A stretch of DNA of 64,000 bases from Octopus vulgaris (lineage: Eukaryota): positions 20,708,001 through 20,772,000 of the forward strand of contig OX597823.1 in the NCBI GenBank assembly GCA_951406725.2, read 5' to 3'. A program made the translations under genes and the position numbers. Under the pieces are notes generated by a model. That model was not told the origin of the DNA. It saw nothing but the letters and a program-made list of their open reading frames with translations, and did not search any database. Below, piece after piece: positions 40,331-57,039 of the stretch; the first letter of the stretch is position 1, and each line of letters begins with the position of its first letter.

Positions 40331-40708
40331 TGGAGGTGCAATGGTCCAGTGGGTCGGGCCTCGGCCTCGTGGTCGTAAGATAGCGGTTTCGATTCCCAGA
40401 CCAGGCTTTGTGAGCGATTATTGATCGAAAACGCCTAAAGCAGTACGAGTCTCCGGCAGGGACTGGTGGCAAAACCTACTGTATTCTTTCACACAACTTT
40501 CTCTCACTCATTTTTCTGTTTCTGTTGTACCTGTATTTCTAAGAGCCACCCTTGTCACACTCTGTGTCACGCCGAATCGCCCTGATAACTACATTAAGGG
40601 TTCACGTGTCTGTGGAGTGCTCAGACACTTGCACGTTAATTTCACGAGTAGGCTGTTCCGTTGATTGGATCAACTACAACTCTCGTCGTCGTAACCGACG
40701 AAGTGCCA
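40331..40708 (+). mobile_element. SINE family B, older copy
   Basis: Homology to 61352-61735. Confidence 0.85.
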
Positions 40709-42133
40709 CGATTTAATTATAATAGAGTAGAAAATTAAATTGACAGAGTACAGCAATCGTTTAAATTGTTATTTCCTTTCCCTCGTTAAGTTACAAGTTC
40801 AAGCACACCTAGTTGTAGACTTCAATTCTATCCTTCCGTTCCTAGCCTCATAAACGGACGCGGGTTGGTCGCGGTGAATGTGATATTATTGTTCTGAATT
40901 CACTACTCATTGAATTAGTGTGTATCTGGTTGAGTATTCTTCGGACACGTGCATCATTAGTGTAATTGGAAGGAAGATCCTGCCCGTCCTAAAATGTGGC
41001 GAGGCTAGGCCTTTAAATTACTACACCAGTTCATCCAACGAATTTTACTCGTATGATCTGGGTCAAATAGAGCCCACGATGAAGGATATTTACACAGGAT
41101 GCCACGTAAATTTAAGAGAATATGCACTTCCACCCAAAACTGTGGTCATGTCCTTACGTTACAAGTCAATATTTATGTGCAAAGACGGGGTGTGTGACAG
41201 CATCGGTAAATCATCGAAAAAATAACTTGTGCTAATCACTTGTGTACCATTACGTTCTTATTTCGAATCACGCTGACGTGGATCCTGGATTTCAGAAACC
41301 GATGGTGTCGACGGCACTGAGAATATTCTCAACCTCACCTTTAATGCGTGGCCTTGTTCCTTTATCAGCAATCAATATTTGGTTATGTCTCTTCATCTTC
41401 TGAGTTCAAATACCACAGAAGTGGATACAGCAGCCGAATGTCAATTAATTAAGCATCTATCGCTTTAAATGACGTGACAACGAACGAGCCTTATGTGGTT
41501 ACTCAACCTGCCTGAAATATTTACCAAATCAGCGTCTATCACACCCTACCGTTTTAAAAAGGAATATATCAAATAAAATTATATGACGGTAAGTTTTGTG
41601 CTTTTAGCATTGAGTTCAAATCCACTTCAGGTGCTTGTCATGAATCTGCGGAGTATATTTAAATTTGTTTCCGTTGTTTTATCAGGTTGCAAGAAAAGAG
41701 ATAATTTATTTTTGATAAGTTTATCAGAATAACAGGAGTTGCATTATTCACTTCGCATACCCAGAACCTGATGAGACTAATGCAGCTGGGTTCGACTCAA
41801 AATATACGACTAAAATCTCCGTCAAGACCTGGTTTGCAAATTGAACCTCTACACATATAAAAAATGGAATAGTCACTGTTGCAATACATATCATTCGAGG
41901 TCAGTTCAATCTAATCTGGCTTGGACTAAGCTACAATATTAGATGAAAATATCTGAGGATAAAAGCGCGTACAGAAATTGATGACCGGAGGCTTGGTTTC
42001 GGAGTTTATATTTGAGTGAATTTTAATGTACCAAGGGACCAGGTAATCATGCTAAAAGACAACATAGGTAACCTAAAATGTCTGGCACCCAGATGTGTTG
42101 GTTGCGTTAGATTATCGTTTCAAACAGAATATA

Positions 42134-43753
<1,620 letters not shown>

Positions 43754-44133
43754 AATGTCTGCGTCTCATTTGCTTAATGTTGTGTAAAAACCGGAAGTAG
43801 GCACCAACCCTTAAGAAGCACTATAGATGACTAGATCTGTTTCTATATCTAACATTAGAAATTTAACACACGACATAAGAAAGAACAAACAGCTGAATAT
43901 TCAGTCGAGAGATCGACGACTCCGATTTTACCACCACTATTATGCTGTGTCCAAGACCAACGACAGCTAATTCTCAACTTTTGAGACCCCGTAGTTGCAA
44001 GCAAATATAATATGATGAATTAATTCAAAGTTGATGAAGTAATGTTATATTGTCTCTATTTGCCTGAGATATGAAGAAGAACATTAAACTTTCCATTTGA
44101 GATTTGGGCCTGTATGTGAAATTTCGCACCTAC

Positions 44134-44258
44134 CTTCTGTAATGACGTCCTCAACAGAAGCACCTTTCACATGTGCCATGTGACCAATAACCATAAATAT
44201 AGCGATTCCTGCATAGATGCTGGTCAAACAGTTTATAATGGGAACCAGTATGGCGTCT
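44134..44258 (-). CDS. SLC6 transporter exon, TM7 (125 nt)
   Basis: TTTTCAG|AGAC...GAAG|GTAGGT; (R)DAILVPIINCLTSIYAGIAIFMVIGHMAHVKGASVEDVITE(G); phase 2->1. Confidence 0.97.
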
Positions 44259-44290
44259 CTGAAAATTCAGAATAGTAGAAGATAATTATT

Positions 44291-44355
<65 letters not shown>

Positions 44356-44405
44356 ACATTCACATATACATATACATATACATATACATACATACATACA
44401 TACAT

Positions 44406-44436
<31 letters not shown>

Positions 44437-44725
44437 TATATATGTGTCTGTTTGTGTGCGTGTGAGTGTGTGTGTATGTATGGAGAAATAGAGAGTAGGA
44501 GAGAGAGAGATAGAGAGAAAGAGACGGAGTAACTCGCAAAGAAAATAATTAGTTTCGCTAGGATATTCGCCTTTCAACAAAGGGTGGTAGAGTAGCGAAA
44601 GCGAAAAACGAGGTGAGTAGATATGTGTGAATAGGATGAAAATGGGAAAGAGCACTTGTGGAAAGAAGGATTTTGTGAAGCGAACAAATTGAAACAAATT
44701 GTATGATAGAAGAATTAAATGATAA

Positions 44726-44766
<41 letters not shown>

Positions 44767-47277
44767 GGTGAGTAAGGAGGAGGGAAAAGAGGTTTGTGAG
44801 AAAGGGAAACAGAAGAATTCCGAAAGAGGGAGATGAGGAAGAGAGTGGACGAATTTGAGGAGAGTGGATGAAGTAGGGGAGAATTGATGAAATGGAGGAG
44901 AGTGGACGAAGTAATGGAGAATGAGTGAGGTCAACAAAGATCAATGTTAAGGAAAGGTGTTAATGATAGAATTTATGTAGGTTTACACCCAGAATAAAAT
45001 TAAGCCAGAAAACTTCATACACACACGTCCCCGCGTGCGTGCGTGCGAGTGTATACATGGATGTATATGTAAATGTGCGTGGCCTTGTAGTTAGTATATC
45101 GGAATCACTGTAAGAAACGAAGCCACCTATCGAAGCGGGTTCGATTCAAGAATTGGATGATACGTTGTGTCTTTGGGTAAGGTACGTCATTTCGAGTTAC
45201 TCCAGTTTCGTTAACTGACAATGACCAGCTACTTTAGTGATTTGCCGGTTTAAATATGGGAGGGACGAGAGAGTATCTATATCTGCTCGTGATTACATTG
45301 GCACTTAAAGCAGTTAACTAAATCCTGCTACAAATCACGCAGGTCAAATTCGCTTGCGGGAGTCGAAGAAGGGTAAACAAATCCACAAAATGGCGCATTC
45401 ATATTTATAAATGCAAGCATAGTTTTGGCCTGGACACCGTTATAGTGAACAAGAGTATTGACATAGAAAAATCTGTCAGGACCTGATCAGTTTAAGATAT
45501 TTGATCATGAATCTCTGTCTAGATAAGCAAAATAAAATTAATTCTGATTTAAAATTAAAGATGTATTCACCGTTGAACAGAATTTTTTTTTTTTATCAGA
45601 TAAGCAATGCTCGTAATTTTGCTCCGTTTCCTTTCAATGAAGAGTCATTAATTTTATATGAATACCTATATTATCTCTTTTTTTAAAATTCCAATCATGT
45701 TTGGACAAAGCCGTGCCTTCTATTCTTGATGGAGCGTTAAAAGTGTTTATCTCCTAGATATACACAATTTGAGTAAACACAAGTTTCACTGTCACACTGA
45801 TGTAATTTTGGATGGCATCATCATTGATTGCGGATATTTGTGGATACATTTCTGCAATGAACAATGTGGGTTATGAAGCAATAACATTCCAAAGATGTTG
45901 TTGCACGAATGGAATTACATTTTATAGTTATTCAGTAATTATTTATGGTTTTAGCTATTTGTTTTCACTGTTAGTATGAAAGATTTTGTGAAATCGTGAT
46001 AGTGGGGGAAAAAAAACCCGACTATAACGTGGTCCTGACCTAATAACTTTCTGTGAAATTTGTTACCAAATTTTATGATTATCATTGTGACTATACTTGT
46101 GCTTGCACCGAGATTATATGAGCTCGGTTATATTCCACAATGCATTGCGTTTTCTCATTTTATAGTGATTCTCCTTAAGACCACTATTACTTAAGGCATT
46201 AATATAATATTTTACATAATATGTATTCATTGAAGGAATAATCACAGCAAGAGTGGTGGAGAAAGGAACGATAACATTCTTACAATAATGTTTATTATGG
46301 CTGGCGGGTTGTTTTCTTAACGGCATAAGTTATACAATTACTTCGAAAATTTCGAACGATACTACAAAATAAAATCGTATCATTACAATAATATGTTGTC
46401 GAAATGACAATTGTCAACCAATCTCCATAATACGTCACAAATAATGATCCAAGCACCAGCATTTGCCAAGCTTCAACAAATAGCTCTTACAAACTCAGAT
46501 ACGTTGAATACAAATCTACATTTATCATAGCAACAGGACAATCAAACACAACATTTTATAAACGTATTTGAAATGTAATATCCAGACATATAAATGCTAA
46601 TATAAAATCGGAAATACTTCATTTACAAGGGATTACAATGAACAGTGGCTTATCTGTCAATATCAATTATCTTTGAAAATCAGCATCACTTTCAGCATTA
46701 GAAACTTCCTTCGTTTTATTTAAAATTAATTTCATTTTGCTGACTTCGGAGCCAGTGCAATTTGAAAAATTTAAACCGAAGGAATCCATACTTGATTTGC
46801 TAGAATAAAAAATAAATAAATAAATAAAGTATCACCTCCCTTGATTTTCACAGCGTCTGTACAGAAGCTACAAATAAATTTTGTAACTTTATAATTAATA
46901 TATAATTGTATTGTTCCAACAGAGTATAATACAAATGGAATATATCTATCTTATAATCACATTACGTTGAAATTTAGATATCCATAATCTATAACAGTCG
47001 TGCAGTAAATATTGTATGATACTTAGTGATATACGGGGGCTGTTTTCAAAACTATTTTCTGTTTTGTCTGAATCAGATTATTTATAGCGCTTTCAATTGA
47101 ATGGTGGACCAAAATAAGAACAACTATTTCACAATGCTTAACTTTATTTATAATACGTAATTTTACTCTACCTCTTGAATTGCGTAATTTAATGTTGAGT
47201 TTGAATACATTACTGTCCACATTTTCCGCAAAACCATACAAACGCATGCACAAAAACATACATAAATACACGTGAAT

Positions 47278-47348
47278 ACATACATACATACATACATACA
47301 TACATACATACATACATACATACATACATACATACATACATACATACA

Positions 47349-47378
<30 letters not shown>
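47278..47378. repeat. (CATA)n microsatellite
   Basis: About 25 perfect units. Confidence 0.97.
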
Positions 47379-47379
<1 letters not shown>

Positions 47380-47459
47380 GTTCATGCATTCCTTTGGTAA
47401 CATCTTTTAACCACCAAGTGTCGAAGTGCATCCCTTGACCAAGTTTGCATATATGGGGC

Positions 47460-48559
47460 TGATAACATCATAATACTTAGAAGGCAACTGTTTGAGCAAC
47501 GTTCTTTATCTGATAAATCTACTGCAACGCATCATCAGATGAAAGGATGAGCCTTTATGAGCAGAAGACTATGCATGGATAAATTAGTAAAACGCTTCGA
47601 AATGATAGTAATAGTGAGCAGCCTATCATGGAACAATAGCCGGATTATTACCTCCCACTTTACAATCCACGAACAGGAAATATCAATCAAGTAGCTGATG
47701 CACCAAAGAGATAGGGATGCAGGAAAAGCAGTAAAATGTGACAATCGATGCAGACTTTGTCGAGTTCACACTGAAGATATAACCTACATCATAAGCATTT
47801 GTCCGAAAATGTCGTCACTGTATTATCTGCCGATGAGACATGATGTTGTAGCTAGGACACTCAATAACGAAATCCATCAGAATGATAATCCCGAGGACAA
47901 AGAAATAAGAATCTACAATATGATAGAAACCATAGTGACTCATAATAAAAAGGAATACTGGTGGACTGTCCCTGTGAAGACCTCAATAAAATGTAAGCAC
48001 AACAGACCTGATATAATGATTTGGGACAGAGAAGAGAAACTATGTACAGTCGTGGAAATTAGTTACTCAGCGGATGTTAACATACAGCTGAAGATAAGTG
48101 AAAAAGAGAATATCTACGCTGAACTATTGAGAAATCTGCAGTTACTCTCTCCAGCTTACAAGTTCAGGTTTATACCTGTAATTATTGTGGCCCTGGAATA
48201 TGTAGCGCACTGCCTAAATACAAATCTCGAGGAATTAGGCTTCTAAAAACCAGAAAGGAGAAAGCTAATTCGAAGACTTCAGATCCAATCTATCACTGGA
48301 ACTGTAAAAATCTGTAAAAATGTCGAGAGGTTTTTTACTTAAATATATATGAGCATGTCTAGATATGCAACTATATGCATGAGAATATATACATAAAGCA
48401 AAACCTAGAAATCTGCACAGATACATACATACATACATACATACATACAAAAATACCCTGTTGTTGATGGTGAAGTTCGAATGAAGGAGCCTTGGATCTA
48501 TGTTAAAAATCGGCTCCCTCTTTATCTATTGGCAAGAAATTTTGAAATAAAACTGATGA
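47460..48559 (+). mobile_element. 5'-truncated R4/Dong-clade retrotransposon (zinc knuckle + restriction-like endonuclease, 3'UTR)
   Basis: CRLC...Y(for H)IISIC knuckle, RHD, 'KHNRPDIMIWD...VVEIS...EKENIY' RLE motif (ORF 47698-48246); AATAAA near 48547, then (ACAT)n. Confidence 0.9.
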
Positions 48560-49029
48560 TACATACATACATACATAGCTACATATATATGTGTTTTCTA
48601 TGCTTTCATAGCAAAATTAGTATGTGTCTTTTCGATTATAATTTCTTCAAACTGAACCGAATCTAATGTCGGTAAAACAAAATTAATTTTGATTACAATG
48701 AAGAAAGTTTCTAACTTTGAATGTAAGGTTGTGATTTACGGATAATTGATGTTGACATATAAGCAACCGCTTCTCGTAAAGTGCACACCTCTGTCTACGG
48801 AAGCACACACACAAATACAACACACACATATACACACACACGCACAAACACACACAGACTCACACATATATACAGGGATACACGCTACAGTGTTATTCCT
48901 CTTATATATATATCCAATTTTTCTCCCAGCTCTTTTGTATTCTATCGCATATACACACTTTTATGTCACATTCAGACGAGAGAAAGCATGCTTGCTTCAT
49001 TTCTTTCTAGTCTTTCTAAGTTCTTTCGC

Positions 49030-49240
49030 GGAATGGCTGTGTGATAAGTAGCTTGCTTACCATCAACATGGTTCCGGGGCACCTAGGGCAAGTGTCTTCT
49101 ACTATACCCTCGGGCTGGCCAAAGACTTGTGAGTGGATTTGGTAGACGGAAACTGAAAGAAGGCTGTCGTATATATGTATATATATATATATATATATAT
49201 TGGAACGCCACGCATCCACTTCCAAGTAAGTTTTATCTTT

Positions 49241-49279
<39 letters not shown>

Positions 49280-49444
49280 CTGTGTTTGTACCCCCCCCCC
49301 AAACATCGCTTGACAAGCGTGCTGGCGATAGAATAAGTACTAGGCTTACGAAGAATAGGTCCTAGGGTCAATTTTCTGAACTAATGGCGGTGCTCCAGCA
49401 TAGCCGCAGTCAAATGACTGAAGCAAGTAAAAGAGTAAAAGAGT
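49030..49444 (+). mobile_element. SINE family C with internal deletions
   Basis: Homology to other copies. Confidence 0.85.
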
Positions 49445-49486
49445 ATATATTTATACATACATACATACACTCATACATACATGCAT

Positions 49487-49539
<53 letters not shown>

Positions 49540-49543
49540 ACAT

Positions 49544-49644
<101 letters not shown>

Positions 49645-50479
49645 AATCCTTAAATCCTTAAAAATGTTTTAGCCCGAAGGCCGCGGCCATGCTGGGGCAC
49701 CACATATTTGTATATATATATATTTATATATTTGTTTGGTTTGGCACCGGTATCTAATCTAGGGCGAAAAATATTCTAATCAGGTATCTGATCAAATGAT
49801 ATTTTCAGACACTTCTCCCACTATATTTGAAGAGACCGAAAATGGTCAAGCAGCTGATTTTATTCTTCTGACTAATTCATGAAAATAAATGTAAAGAAAC
49901 ACAACAACAATCCAACATTGTTATCCAAACATACAATACCGAGGCCTGAAGACCTTGCCCCATCGTGGTCGTGTCTGTGAGCGACTAAAATCAATTAAGT
50001 ATGTATGTATTGATCTATTCACTTCGTTTTTAATTTTACTTTATTGATTTGTGCTTAATATTTCTATTTTGGACACTGACTCACTCACACACAAACACAG
50101 ATACATAGACGCACACAGACGCAAACAGATAGACACTCTCACACACACACTCATTGATACACTGCTGAGATTTAAACTCATCCGCACACTTTCATGGCAT
50201 TGCGTGCATACACACAGAAACACTCACACACAAGACACACACTTACACACACACATACACACACACAAGTATTTTCATATTCAAGTACATTCAGTCACGC
50301 AGATATATTTACGCAAATATACGCATACAGATACAGGTGTGTAAACTCTCATATACACATAAACACACACTAACCTGCACAATCGCCTACCTTCAGATAT
50401 TCACACGCTTACTCACTCATGCATTCACACACACTCATATACACGCAATACATTAACACATGCTCACACACAATCGCAG

Positions 50480-50524
<45 letters not shown>

Positions 50525-50605
50525 TTCACACACACCATTCACAATCACACACACACAATCATACGCTTTCCCTTTCACACATATTGACATGCAATCAGAT
50601 TCCCA

Positions 50606-50640
<35 letters not shown>

Positions 50641-52363
50641 CGACACAACAACACACTCTGAAAATTCCAAAATTCATTCTTACTAACGTTTCATTGACTT
50701 TCAATGACATCCCTCCACCCAAGATTTCGTTTATTAAATTATAGCATAAGTATTATACAATTGAAGACATCTTGCACCGATTTGGTATTGGATTATGCTG
50801 ATTGGTTGTTAAGAGTCACGTGTTCAGAAAATCATTGTTTTGTTTGCCTAATACCATCATATGCAGCTTTTGTTCACATTTATTTCCCGTGAATTGTTTG
50901 TTTAAAGAATTATCCTTTCTATGTGTACAATAAATGTATGTTTGTTTTCCTTCCCGTCTTCATTTTCTTTCTACACAATGTAAACACTATTATGGATGTT
51001 TTCTGTTTTTTACAAATTCTCTTATGAGATGCTTTCCTTTTCTAAATATTTTTATATGTGTTATTTTATACAAGCAGCAAGAATATTCTATTTTTAAAAA
51101 AATAAATAATCACTATTTCTTGAGGAAGATCTTAAACATCGCCAGCTTTCGAAAGATTAAATTAAAACTTCTATTACTTAACTCTTTTAAATCATATCCT
51201 ATATTATGTATCTCTCCTTTTTCAGTCTTTAGGTATCTTTTCTTCAACCACTTAATCTTCCATTCACTCATTCACTCCTATTCAATCTTTATTACAAGCG
51301 ATATGTATTTCAACCGCTAAGATTTAGAGAAAAGTCTTTTGAAAGCTTAATGTCGACTGTTATTTTTTTTACTTCCCTAATTGGTGCTGAATGTTGGATC
51401 AGTCTCAGTTTCAGAGTGCAATAACTGAAAGGCATTTCTCGACCAAGAATATAAATATTATTTTGGCGAAACTTTATGAAAAATGCTAATCACAACGACT
51501 GTGGAATTTATTAAGAGAAAGTGCAATGTTTCTTATTGTATGATGAAGACCTCCATTGTATCTACGCACAACGTGTTCGATTTTGTGACCCAGAAGCATC
51601 CACCTTAGCGAATAGGAGCTTTTCGAACTAATCAGAATAGGAAGATTCGTACGCACAACCAGAAGATTTCAACAGGATTTAAAGAATATAACATTAAAAC
51701 ATTTAAACTTTGAAAGAACACTTTCGATCGCTCGAACAAAACTGGAAATTGAATGAAGTTAAGAACGGCACTGTGACAGACATTTTTCCTACAATATTGC
51801 CTTCTATCTAAAGAAAAACTAATACCAATACATTTAATTCTATCGATTTTCAAGACAAGCAAGTAACAATCCGGTTAGTAGCAGACGTCAGGTTAAATAT
51901 TCAGCTTTACGAAGAACTGATATTGCATTCTAGTTTAATAAATCCAACCAAAATTGAGTTAACTACTGTGAGTACTTCTAACCGAAACATTATTAGTCTT
52001 AAAATTAAGGAAGCAACCAATTTACCATTATCGAATTGCAACATTTCTCTTACTAATTGGTTCAGTAGTAAAAGTAATAGTTCTCTTTTAAAATTTATAG
52101 TCTCATATAATTCAACTTCATCCTTTAGCATCTACTAATATCTACCACTATTGCTTTATTAGATTCTCCCAAGAATAATATTTTACTCAATTATTCAAAT
52201 ATCAAACTAATCCTGAATGTAAGATCGCCATTATTTTGTTCGATAATGCTCTATGTTTAAGGAAGAAATACGCTTTCTAATTTTAGTATAACGAAAGGTA
52301 GAATACTTTTGCAAACATTTGTGAGTAATGGTCGCTATATTTTACATTTATTACTTCTTATTT

Positions 52364-52732
52364 ATTTATTGCCCACAAGGGGCTAAACATAGAGGGGACA
52401 AACAAGGACGGACAAGGGGATTAAGTAACATGTACTTAATTTATCGAACCCGAAATGATGAAAGGCAAAGTCGACCTCGGCGGAATTTGAACTCAGAACG
52501 CATTTCTTTACTGCCCACAGGGGTTAAACAGAGAGGGGACAAACAAGGACAGACATAGGTATTAAGTCGATTACATCAACCCCAGTGCGTAACTGGTACT
52601 TATTTAATCGACCTCGAAAGGATGAAAGGCAAAGTCGCTCTCGGTGGGATTTGAACTTACAACGTAACGGCAGACGAAATACCGCTAAGCATTTCGCCCG
52701 GCGTGCTAACAATTCTGCCAGCTCGCAGCCTT
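52364..52732 (-). mobile_element. SINE family A dimer
   Basis: Head plus two core/tail units. Confidence 0.88.
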
Positions 52733-53821
52733 CATTTATTACTTCTGTAATACAGTTTACATTGTTGAGTATGTACAAAGGCGGCCATTGTGTGATGGAC
52801 GTTTTCTACAGCCCTACACTGTCTGGCGTTTCTTACTGAACCCCCATTCATCGAAGTGACATGAGTATTCATCTCAAACTAGAATACGAATGGACTGACA
52901 TTTTGTTTAACTAACCAAGCAATATTTTTTTTACTGTAAATTATTATATAGTTCGTTTTGGGATTTGGTTTGCAAGATACTTTATATGAGTTCCTGGGTT
53001 GAAGCATATTCTGTTGAGTCTGGGGAGAGTCATTCTCTTTTAGTGCCTTATTATTTAACACACTCACCGGTAAAATTTCCACTTTTTTCTTATTTTTATT
53101 TTCCTAAAATTTTCGTTGCGTCTTGCAACCTTTTCAATAGTCTTGACTCTGTCCGTTATTTACACTGCGTTCCCTTTTGTTCGTTTGTGCGCATGTGTGT
53201 GGGTCAGTGTGTGTGTGTGTGCCTATACATGCATACATGTACGTATGTATGTGTGTGCGTGTTTGCATGTGTATGTATATATGTGTGTGTATGCATATGT
53301 ATGTATGTATGTGCATCTGTATGTACGTATCCTGCATATTTATGTGTTTGCCTGTCTGTGTTTGTGTATTTTCTATGTACGTGTGTGTGAGCATGTGTTT
53401 GTATATGTATGCACCTCTGTCTCCTTGTGTGTGCATATCTGTGTGTGTGCATGTGTTATGTAACTATGTACCATGTTTGTATGTATGGATGTGCATCTTT
53501 ATATGTGTGGATCCGTGTCTCCATATGTGTCTATTCTTGTAACCTATGTACCTATCCGTCTGTGTGTTGATCTGTTTATTTACATATCTAAATGCTTACA
53601 TACAGAAATAAATTGAAAAAAAATTTAAATATATAAAAAATAAGAAATAAAAAAATATAAGAAAATATAACAAAAAAAAGAAACAACAAAAAGAATAAAA
53701 GAATACATACATATACTAAGCTACACATAGAAACACACACGCACTGCTGTTTGTGTGTGTATGTGTGCGTGTGCATGTATGTATGTGTGTGTATATATAT
53801 ATAAATATATATATATATATA

Positions 53822-53958
53822 CTTTATTTAAAGCAGCAGAAAATTCAACAAAACCTGTTACTCTGAGTTTCCCGTTGCCGTTCGTCGGACAGTTTTTGCT
53901 AGACACGGGAAACTCAGAGTAACAGGTTTTGTTGAATTTTCTGCTGCTTTAAATAAAG
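53822..53958. repeat. Perfect fold-back inverted repeat, 54-bp arms
   Basis: 53822-53875 is the exact reverse complement of 53905-53958; 29-nt spacer; abuts (TA)n. Confidence 0.97.
53855..53892 (-). ncRNA. Type I hammerhead-like motif with CCGA core
   Basis: CUGU CCGACGA A CG-GCAA-CG G GAAA CUC-A-GAG UA ACAG: stem I CUGU/ACAG, GNRA-capped stem II, near-palindromic stem III. Confidence 0.6.
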
Positions 53959-54044
53959 CATATTACTCTACTTTGAGTACTCTCTTTTCCACCTTGTTTC
54001 ACATTTATGTGTTTACTCCGGTATATATATATATATACACATTT

Positions 54045-54203
54045 ATACGGCGGGCTTCTTTCAGTTTCCGTCTACCAAATCCACTCACAAGGCTTTGGTC
54101 GGCCCGAGGCTATAGTAGAAGACACATACCCAAGGTGCTATGCAGTGGAACTGAAGCCAGAACCATGTGGTTTGTTAGCAAGCTACTTACCACACAGCGA
54201 CTC

Positions 54204-54207
<4 letters not shown>
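54045..54207 (-). mobile_element. SINE family C, 5' half
   Basis: Homology to other copies. Confidence 0.8.
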
Positions 54208-54263
<56 letters not shown>

Positions 54264-55577
54264 GTTCGCAGATACGTATATGCAAAAATATTAAACTGCA
54301 ACTTCATATTCTATGACCTGAGTTTCAGCTCACCGATTCTCCAACAAAATCTAAGCAATGCAACGGGAATCAAAGGGAAGTTGAAGCAGGTCTGATCACT
54401 GAACATGAGAAAACATACACTGCACGAGAAACACAAACAACAAACAGTTTTCTGAAAGATCGATTGAGATACAAAATATCGATTAACACATTACTCAACT
54501 GTAAAGAAGTCGCTGGGAGTTTTGTGATTCCATGCGCTGTTTCTACAGCCAAGAACGTTAATTCATTGAACAGTTAACTCGATGTCGTTCCAACTACTGG
54601 TAATTCTATAATTTATGCAAAGAAAGATTTGAAAAATTGAAGAATATTTTCTTGACATGCAACGTCAAGGTAAATTCATGTGGTGAAAAAAGTGGTGAGG
54701 TTTTGTTGTTATTGTTAATAGTGAAGTTCAATTCAGAACGTGCAGTTTTATTAGGTCGTGACAGTTTTGTATTCTAGTCGTGACAAGTTTGTATTTGTTG
54801 TGATACGAAAACTGAAATTCGCAACTTTTCTTCTACGATGGTCATATTCTTAATTTTTAACCCTTTTACTTGTTTCAGTTATTGGACTATGGCCATGCTG
54901 GGGCACGGCTTTGAAGAGCTCGGTGGAAGTAATCTAGCACGGTGTGATTTTTTAAAAAAGTCTGGTCCTTCTTCTACCACTGTCTCTTAACAACGTCTAC
55001 GTTACAGGCACGTAACCAAACCAACACCCAATGTCAAGCGTCTTCAAGGGTAAACACAAGTGCACACACACACACACACACACACACGTGTGTATGTGTA
55101 TGCATACGACAGGCTTCTAAATTTCTGCTCTACTTTCGCTGACAACTTTAACTGAGAAGGCATTGGTATACACAGTGCCATAGGAAAAGATATTGCCCAA
55201 GGAGTCATGCAGTGGCACTGAACCGGAAATCATGCATTAGTGAAGCGAACTTCTCAGCTACGCGACCTTGCCTGCATCTGAATTTGTGGAAAAATTTCTT
55301 TGCTATTTGTAACAGAGCAGTCAATCATGTGTCTGCACTTTGCTGCATATACCAGATTAAAACGCAGCGAAATCCAGAGATTACCCACTGGCTTTCATGG
55401 GTATATTTAAATAACAAGCATTACCAGTCATGTATCCCTTTGTACTGCCATTCTGTTTAACATTACTACATGGTGTTTTAGTTATTGCTGTGTCTAGCCT
55501 CGGGTCTGCTCTGATTGAATAAAATAATAACCCAGCATGCTGTAGCAATAACCATCCAAAATTGTCTTATACATACA

Positions 55578-55956
55578 CTAGCAGTATCGCCCGGCGTTGC
55601 TCGGGTTTGTAAGGGAAATAACTATATAAGCATAATAGCCATCTCAATATGGCTAACCACAAAGGGGGGGGGGGTTACTGTAGCTTTTTACGTTCTGAGA
55701 TTTAATAATAAATTTTTAGAGAGTTACTTCCCTTATATATGCCAAAAATGCATTAAAAAATGGGAAAAAATTGATGGTAATTTTTTTTTTATCGTAGACT
55801 CATCGTAGACGCGCGCTAATACCCAGAAGGGCTCGATATGAATCACGACTATAAGATACCCGGTTTTGGTTAAACTGCACCGCAAAATGTGGGAGTAGTT
55901 AGGAATCTAAATCGTAGGAGACAGACAGCACACAACCTCTCTTTTATATATAAAGA
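55578..55956 (-). mobile_element. Non-autonomous Helitron, 379 bp
   Basis: Minus strand reads A|TCTTTATATATAAAAG ... CCCGAGCAACGCCGGG hairpin (55590-55605) ... CTAG|T; no TSD. Confidence 0.88.
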
Positions 55957-56217
55957 TATATACATACATATATACATATATATATATATGTATATTTATA
56001 TATATATCAAAAATTGTGAAGCATGACTGTCAACACTACTACATGAACCCGAAGATTGCAGAATTCAATGCATGAAAGTACTAGTTCAATCAGAATGAAT
56101 ATTTAACATTCTACTATTTCATTTTATTTTATTCAATTATAATATATTATCTTATAATATATCATTATAAGATTGTAAATAAAACGTGAAAATCAGACAA
56201 GGTTGGAATTCTTTTTA

Positions 56218-56278
<61 letters not shown>

Positions 56279-56281
<3 letters not shown>

Positions 56282-56582
56282 GACTATATATTATTCAAAG
56301 AAGAATATAGTGTACGTTCAAACAGAAAAGAGATACCCGAAGAATAGGATATCTGACTCACTAGAAAGAGCAGTTAAAAACTCCAAGCCACCAATTGTTG
56401 TAATTCCGAAAGTGATTGGAATAAGGTAAACGTTTTTATTTTCCAAGCACTTTCGGAATTACAACAATTGGTAGCTTGGTGTTTTAACTGCTCTTTCTAG
56501 CGAGTCAGATATCCTATTATTCGGGTATCTCTTTTGTGTTTGAACGTACACTGTATTCTTCTCTGAATAATATATAGTCTAT
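56279..56582. repeat. Long fold-back inverted repeat, ~143-bp arms
   Basis: 56279-56421 vs 56441-56582, about 9 differences, 19-nt spacer; abuts (TA)n. Confidence 0.95.
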
Positions 56583-57039
56583 TAACTAAGTTTTTTCTTT
56601 CTCGCTAGACTGCTGGTAACTAAGAATTTTTCGATGAATATTCTTGCTACCCTAAGATTTTAATTAATGTCGCGACTGTGTAGCAGAAAACTTCATTCCC
56701 AATGAGATGTTTCCGGATTCCGTGCCGCTGCGTGGCAACTTGGTCGAGTGTCTTCAGCTATAGCCTCGGGCTTACCAAAGCCTTGTGAGTGAATCTGGTA
56801 GACGTGTATATATATATAAGCATATATATTTACGTGTGTGTAACTTTCTGTCTGTGTTTGTTTACCCCGCTACAAAGAATAAGTTCTGGGGTCGATTGCT
56901 TTGAGTAAAAACTTTTAAGGCGTGCTCCAGCATATTCGCAGTCAAATGACAGAAACGTGTGAAGGAATAGAAGAATAAATGAATATATATATACATTTAT
57001 CTGTGTATATGTGTGTGTGTATGTGCGTAAAAAAGGAAC

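Noticed and set aside
45700-46800. Possible hAT transposase relic
   Set aside because: Only a faint motif resemblance (NALWN); unsupported.
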